Positions 13,879-26,400 of a stretch of DNA of 64,000 bases are shown here, piece by piece (within the stretch, counting starts at the first letter, position 1; each line of letters begins with the position of its first letter). Origin of the DNA: Heterodontus francisci. Lineage: Eukaryota. The position numbers were made by a program, and so were the translations under genes. The stretch covers positions 23,430,459 to 23,494,458 of the forward strand of contig NC_090385.1 in NCBI RefSeq assembly GCF_036365525.1, given 5' to 3'. The notes below the pieces were generated by a model. It made no database searches. It saw nothing but the letters and a program-made list of their open reading frames with translations, and had not been told where the DNA came from.

Positions 13879-14805
13879 GTACCTGCTTCCACCACCTCCC
13901 CCGGCAGCAAGTTCCAGGCACTCACCACCCTCTGTGTAAAGAACTTGCCTCACACATCCCCTCTAAACTTTGCCCCTCTCACCTTAAACCTATGTCCCCT
14001 AGTAACTGATTCTTCCACTCTGTCCATGCCGCTCATAACTTTGTAAACCTCTATCATGTCGCCCCTCCACCTCCGTCGTTCCAGTGAAAACAATCCGAGT
14101 TTATCCAACCTCTCCTCATAGCTAATGCCCTCCAGACCAGGCAACATCCTGGTAAACCTCTTCTGTACCCTCTCCAAAGCCTCCACGTCCTTCTGGTAGT
14201 GTGACGACCAGAATTGCACGCAATATTCTAAGTGTGGCCTAACTAAAGTTCTGTACAGCTGCAGCATGACTTGCCAATTTTTATACTCTATGCCCCGACC
14301 GATGAAGGCAAGCATGCCGTATGCCTTTTTGACTACCTTATCCACCTGCATTGCCACTTTCAGTGACCTGTGGACCTGTACGCCCAGATCTCTCTGCCTG
14401 TCAATACTCCTAAAGGTTCTGCCATTTACTGTATACTTCCCACCTGCATTAGACCTTCCAAAATGCATTACCTCACATTTGTCCGGATTGAACTCCATCT
14501 GCCATTTCTCCTCCCAAGTCTCCAACCGATCTATATCCTGCTGTATCCTCTGACAATCCTCATCATTATCCGCAACTCCACCAACCTTTGTGTCGTCCGC
14601 AAACTTACTACTCAGACCAGCTACATTTTCCTCCAAATCATTTATATATACTACAAACAGCAAAGGTCCCAGCACTGATCCCTGCGGAACACCACTAGTC
14701 ACATCCCTCCATTCAGAAAAGCACCCTTCCGCTGCTACCCTCTGTCTTCTGTGACTGAGCCAGTTCTGTATCCATCTTGCCAGCTCACCTCTGATCCCGT
14801 GTGAC
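13879..14805 (-). mobile_element. CR1 internal RT fragment without a 3' tail
   Basis: ORF 13950-14702 is nearly identical to the 9375-10325 part of the CR1 at 6714-10495. Confidence 0.95.
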
Positions 14806-15348
14806 TTGATATTACGTGGAGTGAATCGAATGGCTGAAAACTGTCATCTGTGATGCTGGGGACTTCAGGTGGAGGCCAAGATGGGTCATCCACTCGGCAC
14901 TTCTGGCTGAAGATTGTTGCAAGTACTTCAGCCTTATCTTTTGCACTGATGTGCTGGGCGCCCCCATCATTAAGAATGGGGATATTCGTGGAGCCTCCTC
15001 CTCCTGTTAGTTGTTTAATTGTCCACCACCATTCATGACTGGATGTGGCAGGGCTGCAGAGCTTTTATCTGATCTGGTTGTGGCATCGCCTCGCTCTATT
15101 ATATGCTGCTTATGCTGTTTGATACGCAAGTAGTCTTGGGTTGTAGCTTCACCAGGTTGACACCTCATTTTGAGGTATGCCTGGTGCTGCTCCTGACGTG
15201 CCTTCCTGCACTCTTCATTGAACTAGGGTTGATCCCCTGGCTCGCTGGTAATGGTAGAGTGGGGGTTATTCCGGACATGAGGTTACATATTGTGGTTGAG
15301 TACAATTCTGCTGCTGTTGATGGCCCACAGCACCTCATGGATGCCCAA
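14806..15348 (-). mobile_element. Family B LINE internal fragment
   Basis: Reverse complement matches about 35590-36040 plus 37016-37105. Confidence 0.85.
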
Positions 15349-15359
15349 TCAGATCAGAA

Positions 15360-16670
15360 TCGGTTTTCACTTCCTCAATGTCAGACCTTCTCTTACTGAT
15401 CCCCATTGTAAATAACTCAGCCCACTTTAAGTGTATTTTCTCAAGTCAATTTCTTGCATCAGGGAGATTTGTTCCCTCCTCCTACGACCTATAATAAGAA
15501 GCATCATTGTATTCCACCCTAACACTAACTTCACCTAACACTGGGATACTGTTATTGGAATAACTAGTCAGTTTCACACCAGCTTTCCTTAAGGGAATGT
15601 GGCTTTGGAACTTTTTGTACTCTCCTTCCGAGGTAACAGACACTGCTGCAGCTGTATCAACAATGAAAGTAAATTGCGAATCTCTGACTTTCATTTTTAC
15701 CATGGCCACTGGACTTATATTCTCAGCCCTTTAACTCTCATCTTCCACGTGCTGTTTTTCTTGCTCACTGATTGAGTACAACTCTTGATCTTCCTGCTCG
15801 ACAACATCAACTTCCGTTTCCATATCTATCATGTGCGCATTTGAGGACTTCCAGGCTCCTGAACTAGCTTTAGGTCTACTATGACCTTGACCTGGAGCTT
15901 TACCATGACCTGGAGCAGTACTGTTTCCTCCACTACTGGATATGACAGACTTTCCCTACAGGCACTTTGACTGGAAATGGGGGCATTTAGATGGTTGGTG
16001 TCTATCATGGCAAATGTAGTATCTAAATTTCTGACTCTGTGTCTATAAACTTGGCTGCTGTTGCCTGATTCCTGCTGAAATTCAGTGGACCTCCCTGCTG
16101 GCTCAGGAAAATAACTTGCTTACAATCTCTTAAGAACTTCTTACTCTCTCTTCCTGCCTTTTCCATGGCTGTGGCCTCATCGAAGGCCTCCTTCCACGTC
16201 AGCTTAATTTCCTTTACTCAAAGCTTGGCCTGCATTTTACTGTTTTTAGACCTCCAACGAATGTTTCTGTAAGGTTGACTTCTAAGTTTGCGCCATAACC
16301 ACAGTGATGAAAGTTTCTTTAATTCAAGAATACAATCTGCAATAGACTCACTTGGGAACCGCTTCCTTTTATGCAATTCAACTCACATGGCAATTTCATT
16401 CTTAGTTGTGCTATAACATAACTCGAGAATCTCATTAATTTCAAAATAGTCCAAAGTATTGAGGCCTCATGGGCAACATTAGTTAAACACCACCTCAAAA
16501 GCATCTGGCCCCATCATGGTGAGAAAAACTTTCACTTTATCCTCATCCACTATTTTATTAGCTTTTAGCCAAATGTGTAACCTTAGTTCATAATTACACC
16601 AGTCCTTTTTATTAGGGTTGAATTCCCCCATTGTCCCAAAATACGTCTCCAGTGCCATTTTTTTTTCAAT
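15360..16670 (-). pseudogene. Gypsy gag and aspartic protease remnants
   Basis: Gag N-terminus (FGTMGEFNPNKKDWCNYELRL..WLKANKI) and protease motif FIVDTAAAVSV..SYSNNSIPVLG. Confidence 0.85.
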
Positions 16671-16858
16671 GACATACCGTGCTGACTCAGAGTTGTACTT
16701 GAACAGGACATGCAGGCACATCAGAAGCAATCGACCAACTCGCCCAAAATTTCTCAAAATTGACTTTGGGAGTTCCAAAGTGTCACAATATTCTTCAGAC
16801 CATAATCTCTCGAATGAAATGTAAAAAAAAAATCAATCCCATTTCATCATCATCTTTC

Positions 16859-16989
16859 TGCCATGTATTCACTAAGTCTAGCGTCAGGTCTTACTGTGAG
16901 CAGCCATTGTTGAACTTTATTTACACCTCCCTAACAGAGGGCAGCAGAGAGGCAGAATAACAAATGCTCAGCTATTACAATATGTCACA
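16859..16989 (-). repeat. Gypsy 5' LTR
   Basis: Direct repeat of 10907-11039, lying upstream of gag on the minus strand. Confidence 0.9.
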
Positions 16990-18152
16990 AATAGCTTGAT
17001 CAAAGAGATGGGTTTTAAGGAGGGTGTTAAAAGAGGAAGGGGAGAATTAGAGAGGTTCAGGATGAAAATTCTAGACCATGGTGCCTAGAAGGCAGAAGGT
17101 ACAGCCATCAATGGTGGGGTAAAGGGAGAGAAGGATGCACAAGAGACCAGAGTCAGAGGAACAGTGAGTTTTGGGGAGCTGGAAAAGGTTGCAGAGATAA
17201 AGAGGGCAAAGTCACATAGTGATCTAAACATAATTAGAATTGTAAGTTGGAAGTATGAGGTCTGGCAGCCAACATAGGTCAGCAAGGACAGACTTGGTGC
17301 AAGATAAAACATGGACAGCATGAGCTGAAGTTTACAGCTCAGGATTGGTGGTTGGCCAGGGGAGCATTGGAACAGCCTAGTTTGGAAGTGACAAATACAT
17401 GGATGAGTTTCAGCAGCAGATGGGTTGAGGCAAAGGAAGGCTGATTTCTGCCAGGACCTAGCACAGCAGCCGAATAAAACTGAGGTACAATCTTGAAGCT
17501 CAGCAGGCTAACAGCAGTAGATAGGAGGATGGATAATTTAGGCTGGAACAGGTTAGCTCAAATTGGAAGTGAATCGAATGGTTCAGCAGTCACGGCAGCT
17601 GAGGGATGCAGTGTAGTGTAGCAGAGCTGTGCAGTGCTATTGGCAGAGGATTGATGAATCCAGGAAATCAAATTCTGTCCATACATTCATGAGTACTGGC
17701 CTTTTCCCTCAATGTATTTGAAGCGTTGTTAGTTCTTATACAGTGCTAGCCCACAGACTTTTCTACCTTTACCTTAATTTACCCACTGAAGTAGCAGGGA
17801 ACTTCCTCCCTCTTTTTTTAAATCCTTTGCGGCACAGAGCATACAACAATATTGCTTTGTCACCATGCACAGTATCACGGTGGCCCAGTAAAGCATGATT
17901 TTGGTTGTGTAGTGGGTGGGGATGCGAAACTTTAATACAATATTGAATTGTGAAAAACAGCAAGCACTGCAATTACAGATTTTGTCCTTTCAAAGTAGAG
18001 TAATTTCGGGAAAGAACATTTGGAGTACCCATGTTTCCGTGTGTTGGCTTTTCCACCAGGAGTGACAGCAGACCTTGGAAGAGCATGCCTAAAAATTGGA
18101 AGTACATATTTTAATGAAGTGCTAAAGGATCACATTTTCCATCATTGCCGCC

Positions 18153-18186
18153 TTAACGTTTCAAGTCTGTGACCTTTCATCAGAAC
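18153..18186 (-). ncRNA. Minimal Penelope-type hammerhead ribozyme motif, isolated
   Basis: Minus strand reads GTT-CTGATGA-AAGGTCACAGACTT-GAAA-CGTTAA: conserved cores, stem II and palindromic AACGTT stem III. Confidence 0.65.
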
Positions 18187-19934
18187 CCAAATTTAGGTTG
18201 TATTTACACTATAACTAGAGCAGCAAAATTGCTTGACATCAATGTACAGTTATAGTCTGAATGTACACTACCAGTATCACATATTAAGCCATATTGGCTT
18301 AAATGCATTTTTTTCCCCCTTCTGTGTATTTGTCAAATTGCTACAGCACTGGCCAAGGCTCCCATAAGGTGACAAATTCATTCATTCCACGAGGAATGGC
18401 AATGCTGAAGAACAGTTAGCTGAGAGGATAATCCCACTATAAAGATTTTCATTTGACAAAGAATTTTGTGTGTCCCTCTGCTCTGTTCTTTTGATCACAT
18501 GGTTTGGTTTGTAAACTATCAACACTTGATAGAACTCTCTTTTCGTAGTTAACATGTTCGTTTAAATAATGACTTACTCCTTTTTATTACTTTTTGTAGA
18601 CAAGTGGTAGATTTTGATCCTGGAACGATGAAAATAGTTTCTCTCTGAAATAAACTAATCTGGTTTGACTTACTTGACTCCAGGCGTAATGCCAACTACA
18701 ATCAAATTAGTCTTGGCCAAGCTGTAACTTCCGAATCAGATTGACTCAATTTGCTAAATGGGAACAGGAAGGGAGTTCCAGCACTCAATGACTTCCCTGT
18801 GTGCTCTAATCTGGAGTGGAGTGCAGAACACAGGATACAATTATTACTTTACAAGATTAGCAGAGAGAAATTTGCCAGGGCCAGACTGCTGGTAGTGTCT
18901 TGTTTATAGCAAGGTTTTTTTTTAACGTATCGAGACATTAGCACTGCTGAATGTCTGATGCTGCTAACTGCTGGATAATATGAACTGCAGGATTGAGTTT
19001 ACACAGAATGTTGAAAGTACATACACTTAGCAATTTTTTTGGGCCAAAATGTCCATCAAGGTAGAAATTAATGGATGTTTAATTTATGCAAAGTTTCTCC
19101 AGCCTTCTCTGCTTACATTTGGGGGCTTTAGAGTACTCATTTTATTTTGATAGCCTTTCTTCAAGTTTCAGGAGAGGGAGGGGGAATTTGGTCAAACTTT
19201 TTAAAGAACTAATTGCTTTAAATGTATAAAAGTGCAGACACTTCGCAGAAATTTAACACATTTTTCTTAACCTGGGACAGAATTACATCAACTTTACAGC
19301 AGATACAGGTCATTCAGTCCATCTGGCCTATGCCAGCGTTTATGTTCCGCATGAACCTCCTCCCACGCTACTTCAACTAACCCCATCAGCATATCCGTCT
19401 ACTCCTTTCTCCCTTGTGTACTTACCTAGCTTCCCCTCAGCAGAGTGCATCATGAATCAAAAGGGCTGCTGCATGTAAAAGCAGCTGGCTGCTGATTTTA
19501 AGTACTGAACGAGGCTAATTTAGTTATGAATTCTTTCCATCTCTATTTTCATTGAAACTATTTGTAAAATTTACCTTTTTTTAAAAAAATACTTGTAGGG
19601 CAGCATTAACAGTGCGTGTTGATGTTTATGGAAAGAGATCTCTTGCCCTACTGGCCAAGAAGAACACATTCAGAGGATTTCTACTTGTTGCATTCTGTTG
19701 GCTGCTACATCCATGTTTATGCTTTGGGGGACAATTTTCAAGAGATGACCAGAATTGTGGTGCTATACCTCAATAGTACTGGCCTAACAGGGTAAAATAC
19801 CCCAAATAGTAATTATTTTTTCCTTCACTGGTTGGTGTGAATTTGAAGCTGTAGTTTTTGCCAGAGGCATTGAGCTTTTGGAGCATCGACATGCAGTGCC
19901 AGGGTGTAAAAGGTGGAGCTATGAACCCCATTGA

Positions 19935-20095
19935 GCATGTTCAAGGCAGAGATTGATAGATTTCTAGATATTGAAGATATCAAGGGATATGGCGATAGTG
20001 CGGGAAAATAACATTGGGAGGTAGATGATCAGACATGATCGGATTAAATAACAGAGCAGGCCAGATGGCCTACTCCTGCTCCTATTCCATATGTT
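19935..20095 (+). mobile_element. CR1 3' tail fragment
   Basis: Matches 5110-5270 (GATATCAAGGGATATGG...GGCCTACTCCTG). Confidence 0.7.
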
Positions 20096-20424
20096 CAGTT
20101 CCCAATTTTGAACTGCAGGGACTCTTACCAAAGAGGAAAAGCACCGCCTAATATAGTCAGCTAGCCAGTAAGAACATTGGCAGGGCAGAACCTGGTCAGT
20201 GGCCCATCTACCGATACGGCAGCAGAGGCATGAGCCTCGGTGACCTGAAGAGTGAGGATAATTTACAGACCTTGGATAAATGACCAATAAAAAAGATTTG
20301 GAAAGATAAAACAAAATGTCTCACTTTGCACCTGAAATATTAATATTGGAATAAACACATTTCTAATTTTAACTTTATTCTTTGACAAAAAAAATTAGGG
20401 ACGACTGCAATTCTATGACTCCCT

Positions 20425-20520
20425 ACGATTAATGTAGGATTAGTATAAATGGGTGGTTGCTGGTCGGCACAGACTCGGTGGGCCGAAGGGCCTGTTTCAG
20501 TGCTGTATCACTATGACTCA
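20425..20520 (+). mobile_element. HE1 SINE 3' tail (5'-truncated)
   Basis: Matches the 3' ends of the HE1 copies and ends in CTATGACTC. Confidence 0.8.
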
Positions 20521-20904
20521 CTGCTGCTGTTCTAGTTAACACCAATAGGTGGCGAGGTTGACAACTCATCAGCAGGGCACACAGTAATTTGCAATGATTA
20601 TACAGAGAGCATATTAAACTAGGGATGGTTGCGTCCATAACTTTAGAAACACAAAATTACAGTTTCTTTGAAGAAAATGGACGAGTATTTTTCTCTAAAT
20701 CTCAAAGTAAAACTAAATATGCCTAACTCAGTGTCTAATTTATGACTACATTTAGAAAATTTGCAGCAGTGCAAGTTAAGATTAATCTTATTGCTTTTCT
20801 TACTTTAACTATTTACGACAACTGAACCTCACTATTCAAGTGTCCAAAATTAGATGTGACTCTGCAATTGGACAACATTTGCTAAATAATCCGCAGCGTG
20901 CTAA

Positions 20905-21345
20905 GAATTACGCTGACAACCAATTTAAGGTAGTCAGTGGGGCTCGCAGTGTGGCGCATTTGCACCTACTGGAAGCTACATATATTAATACATAGGGCCC
21001 TGTTCTTTGCACACAGAAAGAACATGTACACATAGCACCTGTTTCAGCTGAACAAAATAAGTGACAGCCATTTGCCGGTTCATTCCTCAGGGCAATGCCT
21101 TGACCAGTCAAGCTGCCTGGCTTAAATTTCAAACAAAGCTTGGTGGTTAACGGTCAGTCACCATAAACGAGTGCATTCACCATGGCAACGCCTCTACCAA
21201 TCAAAGCTCACTTGCCAACCAATTAGCACTCTCTTCTCATGCAGTATAAGCTGTTGTTTTCCCTTACATTGGTTATTCTTGCCTATTGTCCTGATGAGTG
21301 CAAGACGAATAGCTTCAACAACAGGTCTCTATTTTCAGCAATTTT
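20905..21345 (+). mobile_element. Penelope-like pseudo-LTR fragment with hammerhead motif
   Basis: CCAAT-like and TATA-like boxes followed by a hammerhead-like core at 21286-21321. Confidence 0.6.
21286..21321 (+). ncRNA. Degenerate minimal hammerhead ribozyme
   Basis: TTGTC-CTGATGA-GTGCAAGAC-GAAT-AGCTTC-AACAA: CUGAUGA core, GAA(T), AGCT palindrome and stem I TTGT/ACAA. Confidence 0.55.
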
Positions 21346-21354
21346 CACGTTAGA

Positions 21355-21965
21355 ATATGGTGAAAATCAAAATTTCAATTCACCTTGTGACATCACATAC
21401 AAAAGTATGGATGAAGGTTTCAGCAGCAAATAGGACACCAAGGTTATAAATAGTTTGACTCAGCCTCATGCAATGTCCAGGGAGATGACTGGAGTTAGAT
21501 GCTCGGGAACAGTTTGTGGCAGGGACCAAAATCAATCATTTTGGCTATCCCAATATTAATTGCTGGAAATGTCTGCTCACCCAATACTGGACGTCAGACA
21601 AGCAACATAACTCCCCCACTACCTATGATCTGTTAAGGAGAGGTGGTGATGGAGCTGGGTTTAGGCAGTGTACATGTGGAAGCCGATGTGTTTTCAAATG
21701 ATATTGCTGAGAAGCTGCATGTAGATGAGAAATAGGAAGGAGCGGAGGAAAAATCTTCGGGCAATCCCAGAGGTGGCAGTTTGGGAGTGGGAAGATTCTT
21801 TGACTATAACTGGATAGGAATAAAACTATGTGAAGGCAGTCATTCTCAGATACACAGCAGAGGACAGATTTTGGAGGGGGATCATGTGGTTAACCGTGTC
21901 AAAGGCTGCACAGGATGAGAAGGATGAAGAGGGTTTGTTACCATGGTCAGAGTCATGTAGGATGT
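21355..21965 (-). mobile_element. Old L2-type LINE fragment
   Basis: Degenerate RT-region sequence resembling the reverse complement of the other L2-like pieces. Confidence 0.45.
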
Positions 21966-23024
21966 TACGTAAAGAATAGGATGTAAAGAAAGAAATAGAA
22001 AGTTTTTCAAAAAATTAATTGGGGTTAAATAAAGAAAAAGGAAATTGTTGTTGCAGCAATAGAACATTTGCAATAGCTGCAGAGTCTGATCTGTTTGTAT
22101 CGGCTTATGTCAGCAAACTGGTAATTTTGTAACATTATTTTTCGCAATCGCTGTCTGTGGCAGCCAACAGAAAAAAAGGGGATGTTGTAACTTCAGTTTG
22201 AGGCCAGTGCTCATCCTGCTTCTTGTGCTGAAACAAAGAAAATGTTTGTCTCCATTGGAAATGACATCAGTTCCTTGTTGGTAACAGAGGTTGTTAGATA
22301 ACATGTTGTTACTACGATGACTTCTACAAGCCAAGGCGAAATTACGTGGTTAAATAAAGTTCCATAAACACAACACAAATGGTACACTACAACAAAATTA
22401 CACACAGTACAAGATGTGCTTCTAATCAACTTCATAATTGTTTAGTGAGAATTGTTTTAACCCTTTGGTAGTACTTTACAGATAAAATATGTAGTTAAAT
22501 CTGTACTTGGTCACCACTGCAGAACAGTCATTTGTGCATTGCTACCACCCATTGCAATTGCAAATAACAGATGTGAATAGGAATTTTCTACTTTAAAATG
22601 GTTACTGTGTACACTGTATTGTGGTCAGTTAAGCCACGCATTAATGCCTTGATGTTCCATCTTTATAGAACATGGCTCAATAGCAAAGCCATTTTGTGCC
22701 AGCTATGTTCAAATTTGTGCCTCTTGGGGGTGGAAAAATGACTAGGATGGGAGACAGCTAAGGTTTTGCTGAGGACGTGCACATCAAAAAGGTGGAGGTG
22801 AAGGGCTGGTTGAGTAAAAACTGGTGCAGAAGATATGATAAAATGAGTAAGGAGAGGAAACTAGTCAACGTACCAGATAATGAATATGACCACTGTAGGA
22901 AGGCCCAGCTCTTTCTACACCTTGATACAAGCCCCCCAATTGAGCCAGTTTGTTCATCAAACTAAAATAACATTACCTTATTGAACAAAGAACTGAGCAG
23001 GTGTGCACCTAACACTTTGCTACA

Positions 23025-23185
23025 GGACATAGGAAATAGGAGCAGGAGTAGGAGTAGTCCACTCAGTCCATCAAGCCTGCTCCGCCATTCAAACAGATCA
23101 TGGCTGATCACCTAACTTCATGCCATTTTTCCCCACTATCCCCATATCCCTTGATGTTATTAGTATCCATAAATCTATTGATTTC
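23025..23185 (-). mobile_element. CR1 3' tail fragment
   Basis: Reverse complement of the tail at 5110-5270. Confidence 0.75.
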
Positions 23186-23469
23186 TCGCAAACATCTGAA
23201 ATGCATCAGTGCTGAACCAAATAAGAGGGTCCTCCACTGGCACATTATGTGCTGCTGCTCCAATACTTTGCACTATCGTATTATAAAATGAAAGCTTTGA
23301 CTTTACACATATGAAATAGAGGGGCTTTTGCACAAACTGAAAAGGTCAACTAGGAACCAGATCACGAGAGGTATAAAAGCAGTTCACCAACCCACCCGCT
23401 CAACCCCTGGAGCTCAAAAAGGAAAACAATGCAAAAATGAAAACATAGTAAATTACACAAGAGATGCAA

Positions 23470-26400
23470 GCAATAACATGAACACAATTTTATTGCATGT
23501 AGCTCTATGGAAAGCATTTGTGATAAATATAAACACTATACAGAACTCTAAGCCAGTCTCCCATTCACAGACATGGTGGATTAACATTAAACTGCTAAAC
23601 AATATTTACAGTGGAAGACACAGCAAGATAAAGTTAGATATTTTTAACCTTCTGTCGTGTATGGTGCAGGAATAGCAATATATAGAGTATCAACTGTCTG
23701 CTTTTCTGTACAGCCAAAAAAACTATGTCCATTTGTCAAATTAATTTACAGAAGGAATACAATTGTTCCATCTTTGTTTTCTTTTATTATACAGCAGCAT
23801 ACTATTGTCTGGAAGATGCAACTTTTATTTTGTATGCACGAAATGAGGAAAGACACCTGCATATGCTATAATGAAAAGGACCATAAGCAATTCTCCTTCC
23901 CCAACAATGCACTTACAAGAAATTATGAACCAATCATTTATACAGCCAGGTTACAGTAATTTGGAACAGTTTTCAATAATGGTCCTGGTGACCAATGAGA
24001 ACTGTACTTCATTCCACTCCACCCCACCCACTCGCTTTTCCAGGATTTGTGCAATTTCCAACCATGATGGAAAAGATGGCAAGGAAAGTAGCCTTTTCTT
24101 GCACAAACAGGATGGGTACTGACCAATGTACTGACAAAAGGTTGCAAAAGAGTTAGCTGACTTTTGACGAAATCTACAAATTACTAACTTCATCACTTAT
24201 ACCTTTTCCTTCACATGGAAGCAGGTACCTGCCCTCATTTGCTTTTATGTTGCTTTCCACCACTAGTAATTTTTTTGAAATTATTTCTTCCATACCTATC
24301 AAGTGATATGTAAATCCTTATCTGGAAATAGTTTTCCAGCACAATACTGAGTAATTTAGTAACTCTATAAGCTACAAGTAGATCAAGGAAAATAGAATTG
24401 CATATTGCGTATGCCATAACTATTTAGCCAGAAGTTGGCTTTTGAGATTACTGTATGAAATCAGCACACAGGTCATCAGTGCTTAGTTTCGTGCACTAGT
24501 AACCTTCAGGACCCAATTGTTTGATTTATTAGCTAAACTGCATGATGATGCTGGTAATCCTTTCTCAGCGTATGTTGGCTATTTCATAACTATCAAAAAG
24601 AACTCAAAAAACCATAAGTACCAGAATGTACCAGTCCAGTTAGATCTGTTACATTTTAATTCAGTACCCACTGATACTCGTATATTATCTCTACCTATAC
24701 TAAATTTAGGAAACTATATAGGATTCAAAACCCCTTAAGTTGAACTATAGTGGTCTTAGTGAATGCGTAGCGTGAAACCCACAAACCAACCCCCCACTTT
24801 TTAGAATTTTATTTAAAAACCAGCATAGATCTCTTAACAGAATGTATTCCTATCTCTATTATTACAGATTCATGCAGTATCTGGTGTCTATAATTATCAC
24901 TGAACCACAAAGTACTCATTGGGATGGGTCAGTATCTAGAATTCGTACCTCACTATTACAATTCATATAGTACTGTCTGTAGTACAAAGCCAGCATGTAG
25001 TATTTGTACCTTTGTTAGCACTGGTGTGATCTGCAGTCGCTAGTACAAACTGTAAAGCCTCACTATCCTGTTACAGGTCTAGAACCGGTTATTTGTACAA
25101 ATATATACTGTAAAATTTACCAGCAATGTGATGCCAGAGAAAACAACTTAACTTTGTTGCACAATGCAACATACTATTTTTCCTACTTCATAATCACTGT
25201 AACCGCCTTTATTGCCTTTCCAACATCGCTCTGCCTCTACAATGCGAACAGTCTCATCACACAGCATTTTAAAATTACTCAGTACAACCATCATATGCGA
25301 CAAGGAGTTTATGTAAGTAAACAAATCTTAGGGTACTGCTGACAGTCACTGGAACTTTTCCAGTTATGATGCCATGTGAACTGCGCAACTAAATGTGGGT
25401 CATATTTTTACTATATGTATATAAAATCCTTAATAATGCATATCACCTTTACTACCATATTCTTGGTGGTTGGTGCAGGCTTGAATGAGAAGGGAAGTGC
25501 TAGATGATCAAATTTTTATTTCTAGTTGTGCCCAAGGTGTAAAACACTTGTTTCTTCACTAGCTGTGTTGTATTTAACCTGAGATTTTCAGCATTTGTGA
25601 TTTTTCTTTTCATTTCTTCTGTTGTGGACTTAAAATGGACAAGCTGGGTGACACAAGCCATGGAGACTACCTTGAAATATTTAAGTACCCAATAGAGAAG
25701 ACATTGAATCAATCTGCTTTCAGACCACTCCACGACCCCTGATCGTAGAAGGTGTGCTTGTTAACGATCAGTCTAAAAACTGACAGATCATGAAATCATC
25801 AAAACATCTATATTCAGAAATAGATTCTCAAAAAGCATTGGCTTAAATCACTCTGGTCTGCCAATTTCAATGAAATGAAAGAGATATTAGGCATAACAGA
25901 GAAATCCTGAAAAAAAAAAGATATTTTTAAAGCAGTGGACATAATAAAGACCCATGCAAACCCATCCATTCCTAGAGTTGCCTTCTCCTTCAAGTTAATA
26001 ATTACTACAAAAAGTGATAATAGTTAAATATTTTTGGACCATTTTTCCCCACATGAAAATATATTTAATACAGAAAGTGAGTACTGGAACTGGGGGGCAA
26101 TGCATATGTTATAGAATGGCTACACACTCTGAACTAGACAAAATAGCAACAGAAATTGGTAATGTCATATTTGACTGGCTGAAGAAACCATTTTATGTTA
26201 ATGGTTACTTAATTAGGAGCATTCCTTCCGATAAAATCAATTTTATTAAGATCTGTTTTAGGAGTGTTCTGAAACATGGCTCAACACAGTGAACCTAGGA
26301 TGGTTAACTGTCTCAGTAGAAAATAAGCTACCAATACAGTATGATCTTTAAATAAGTACTGTAATAAAAGTAAAAAAAATGGCCAATTTACTGCATGTAG

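Larger units (their letters stand above)
10907..16989 (-). mobile_element. Ty3/Gypsy LTR retrotransposon (Mag-like), degenerate, RT-RNaseH missing
   Basis: Two ~132-bp TG...CA LTRs, 5-bp TSD AATAG (10902-10906 and 16990-16994), gag, protease and integrase remnants, PPT-like GTGGGAG beside the 3' LTR, and a decayed tRNA-Ser-like PBS at about 16835-16853. Confidence 0.9.
10800..17430 (-). mobile_element. Old L2-type LINE 3' fragment (10800-10906 plus 16990-17430) split by the Gypsy provirus
   Basis: Sequence reads through across the AATAG TSD and resembles the L2-like pieces at 33150-33612 and 30290-31175. Confidence 0.55.

Noticed and set aside
1299-14678. Recurring antisense ORFs (e.g. MPRPMKASMPYAF at 2479, 9565 and 14266)
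   Set aside because: They are shadow frames of CR1 ORF2, repeated because the element is repeated
18580-19780. Plus-strand acceptor-like sites near 18600 and 19598
   Set aside because: Short frames with no partner donors or upstream exons
23951-24196. Minus-strand ORFs here and at 25500-25733 with acceptor-like sites
   Set aside because: They lie within the putative UTR, with weak splice signals and no homology I recognise
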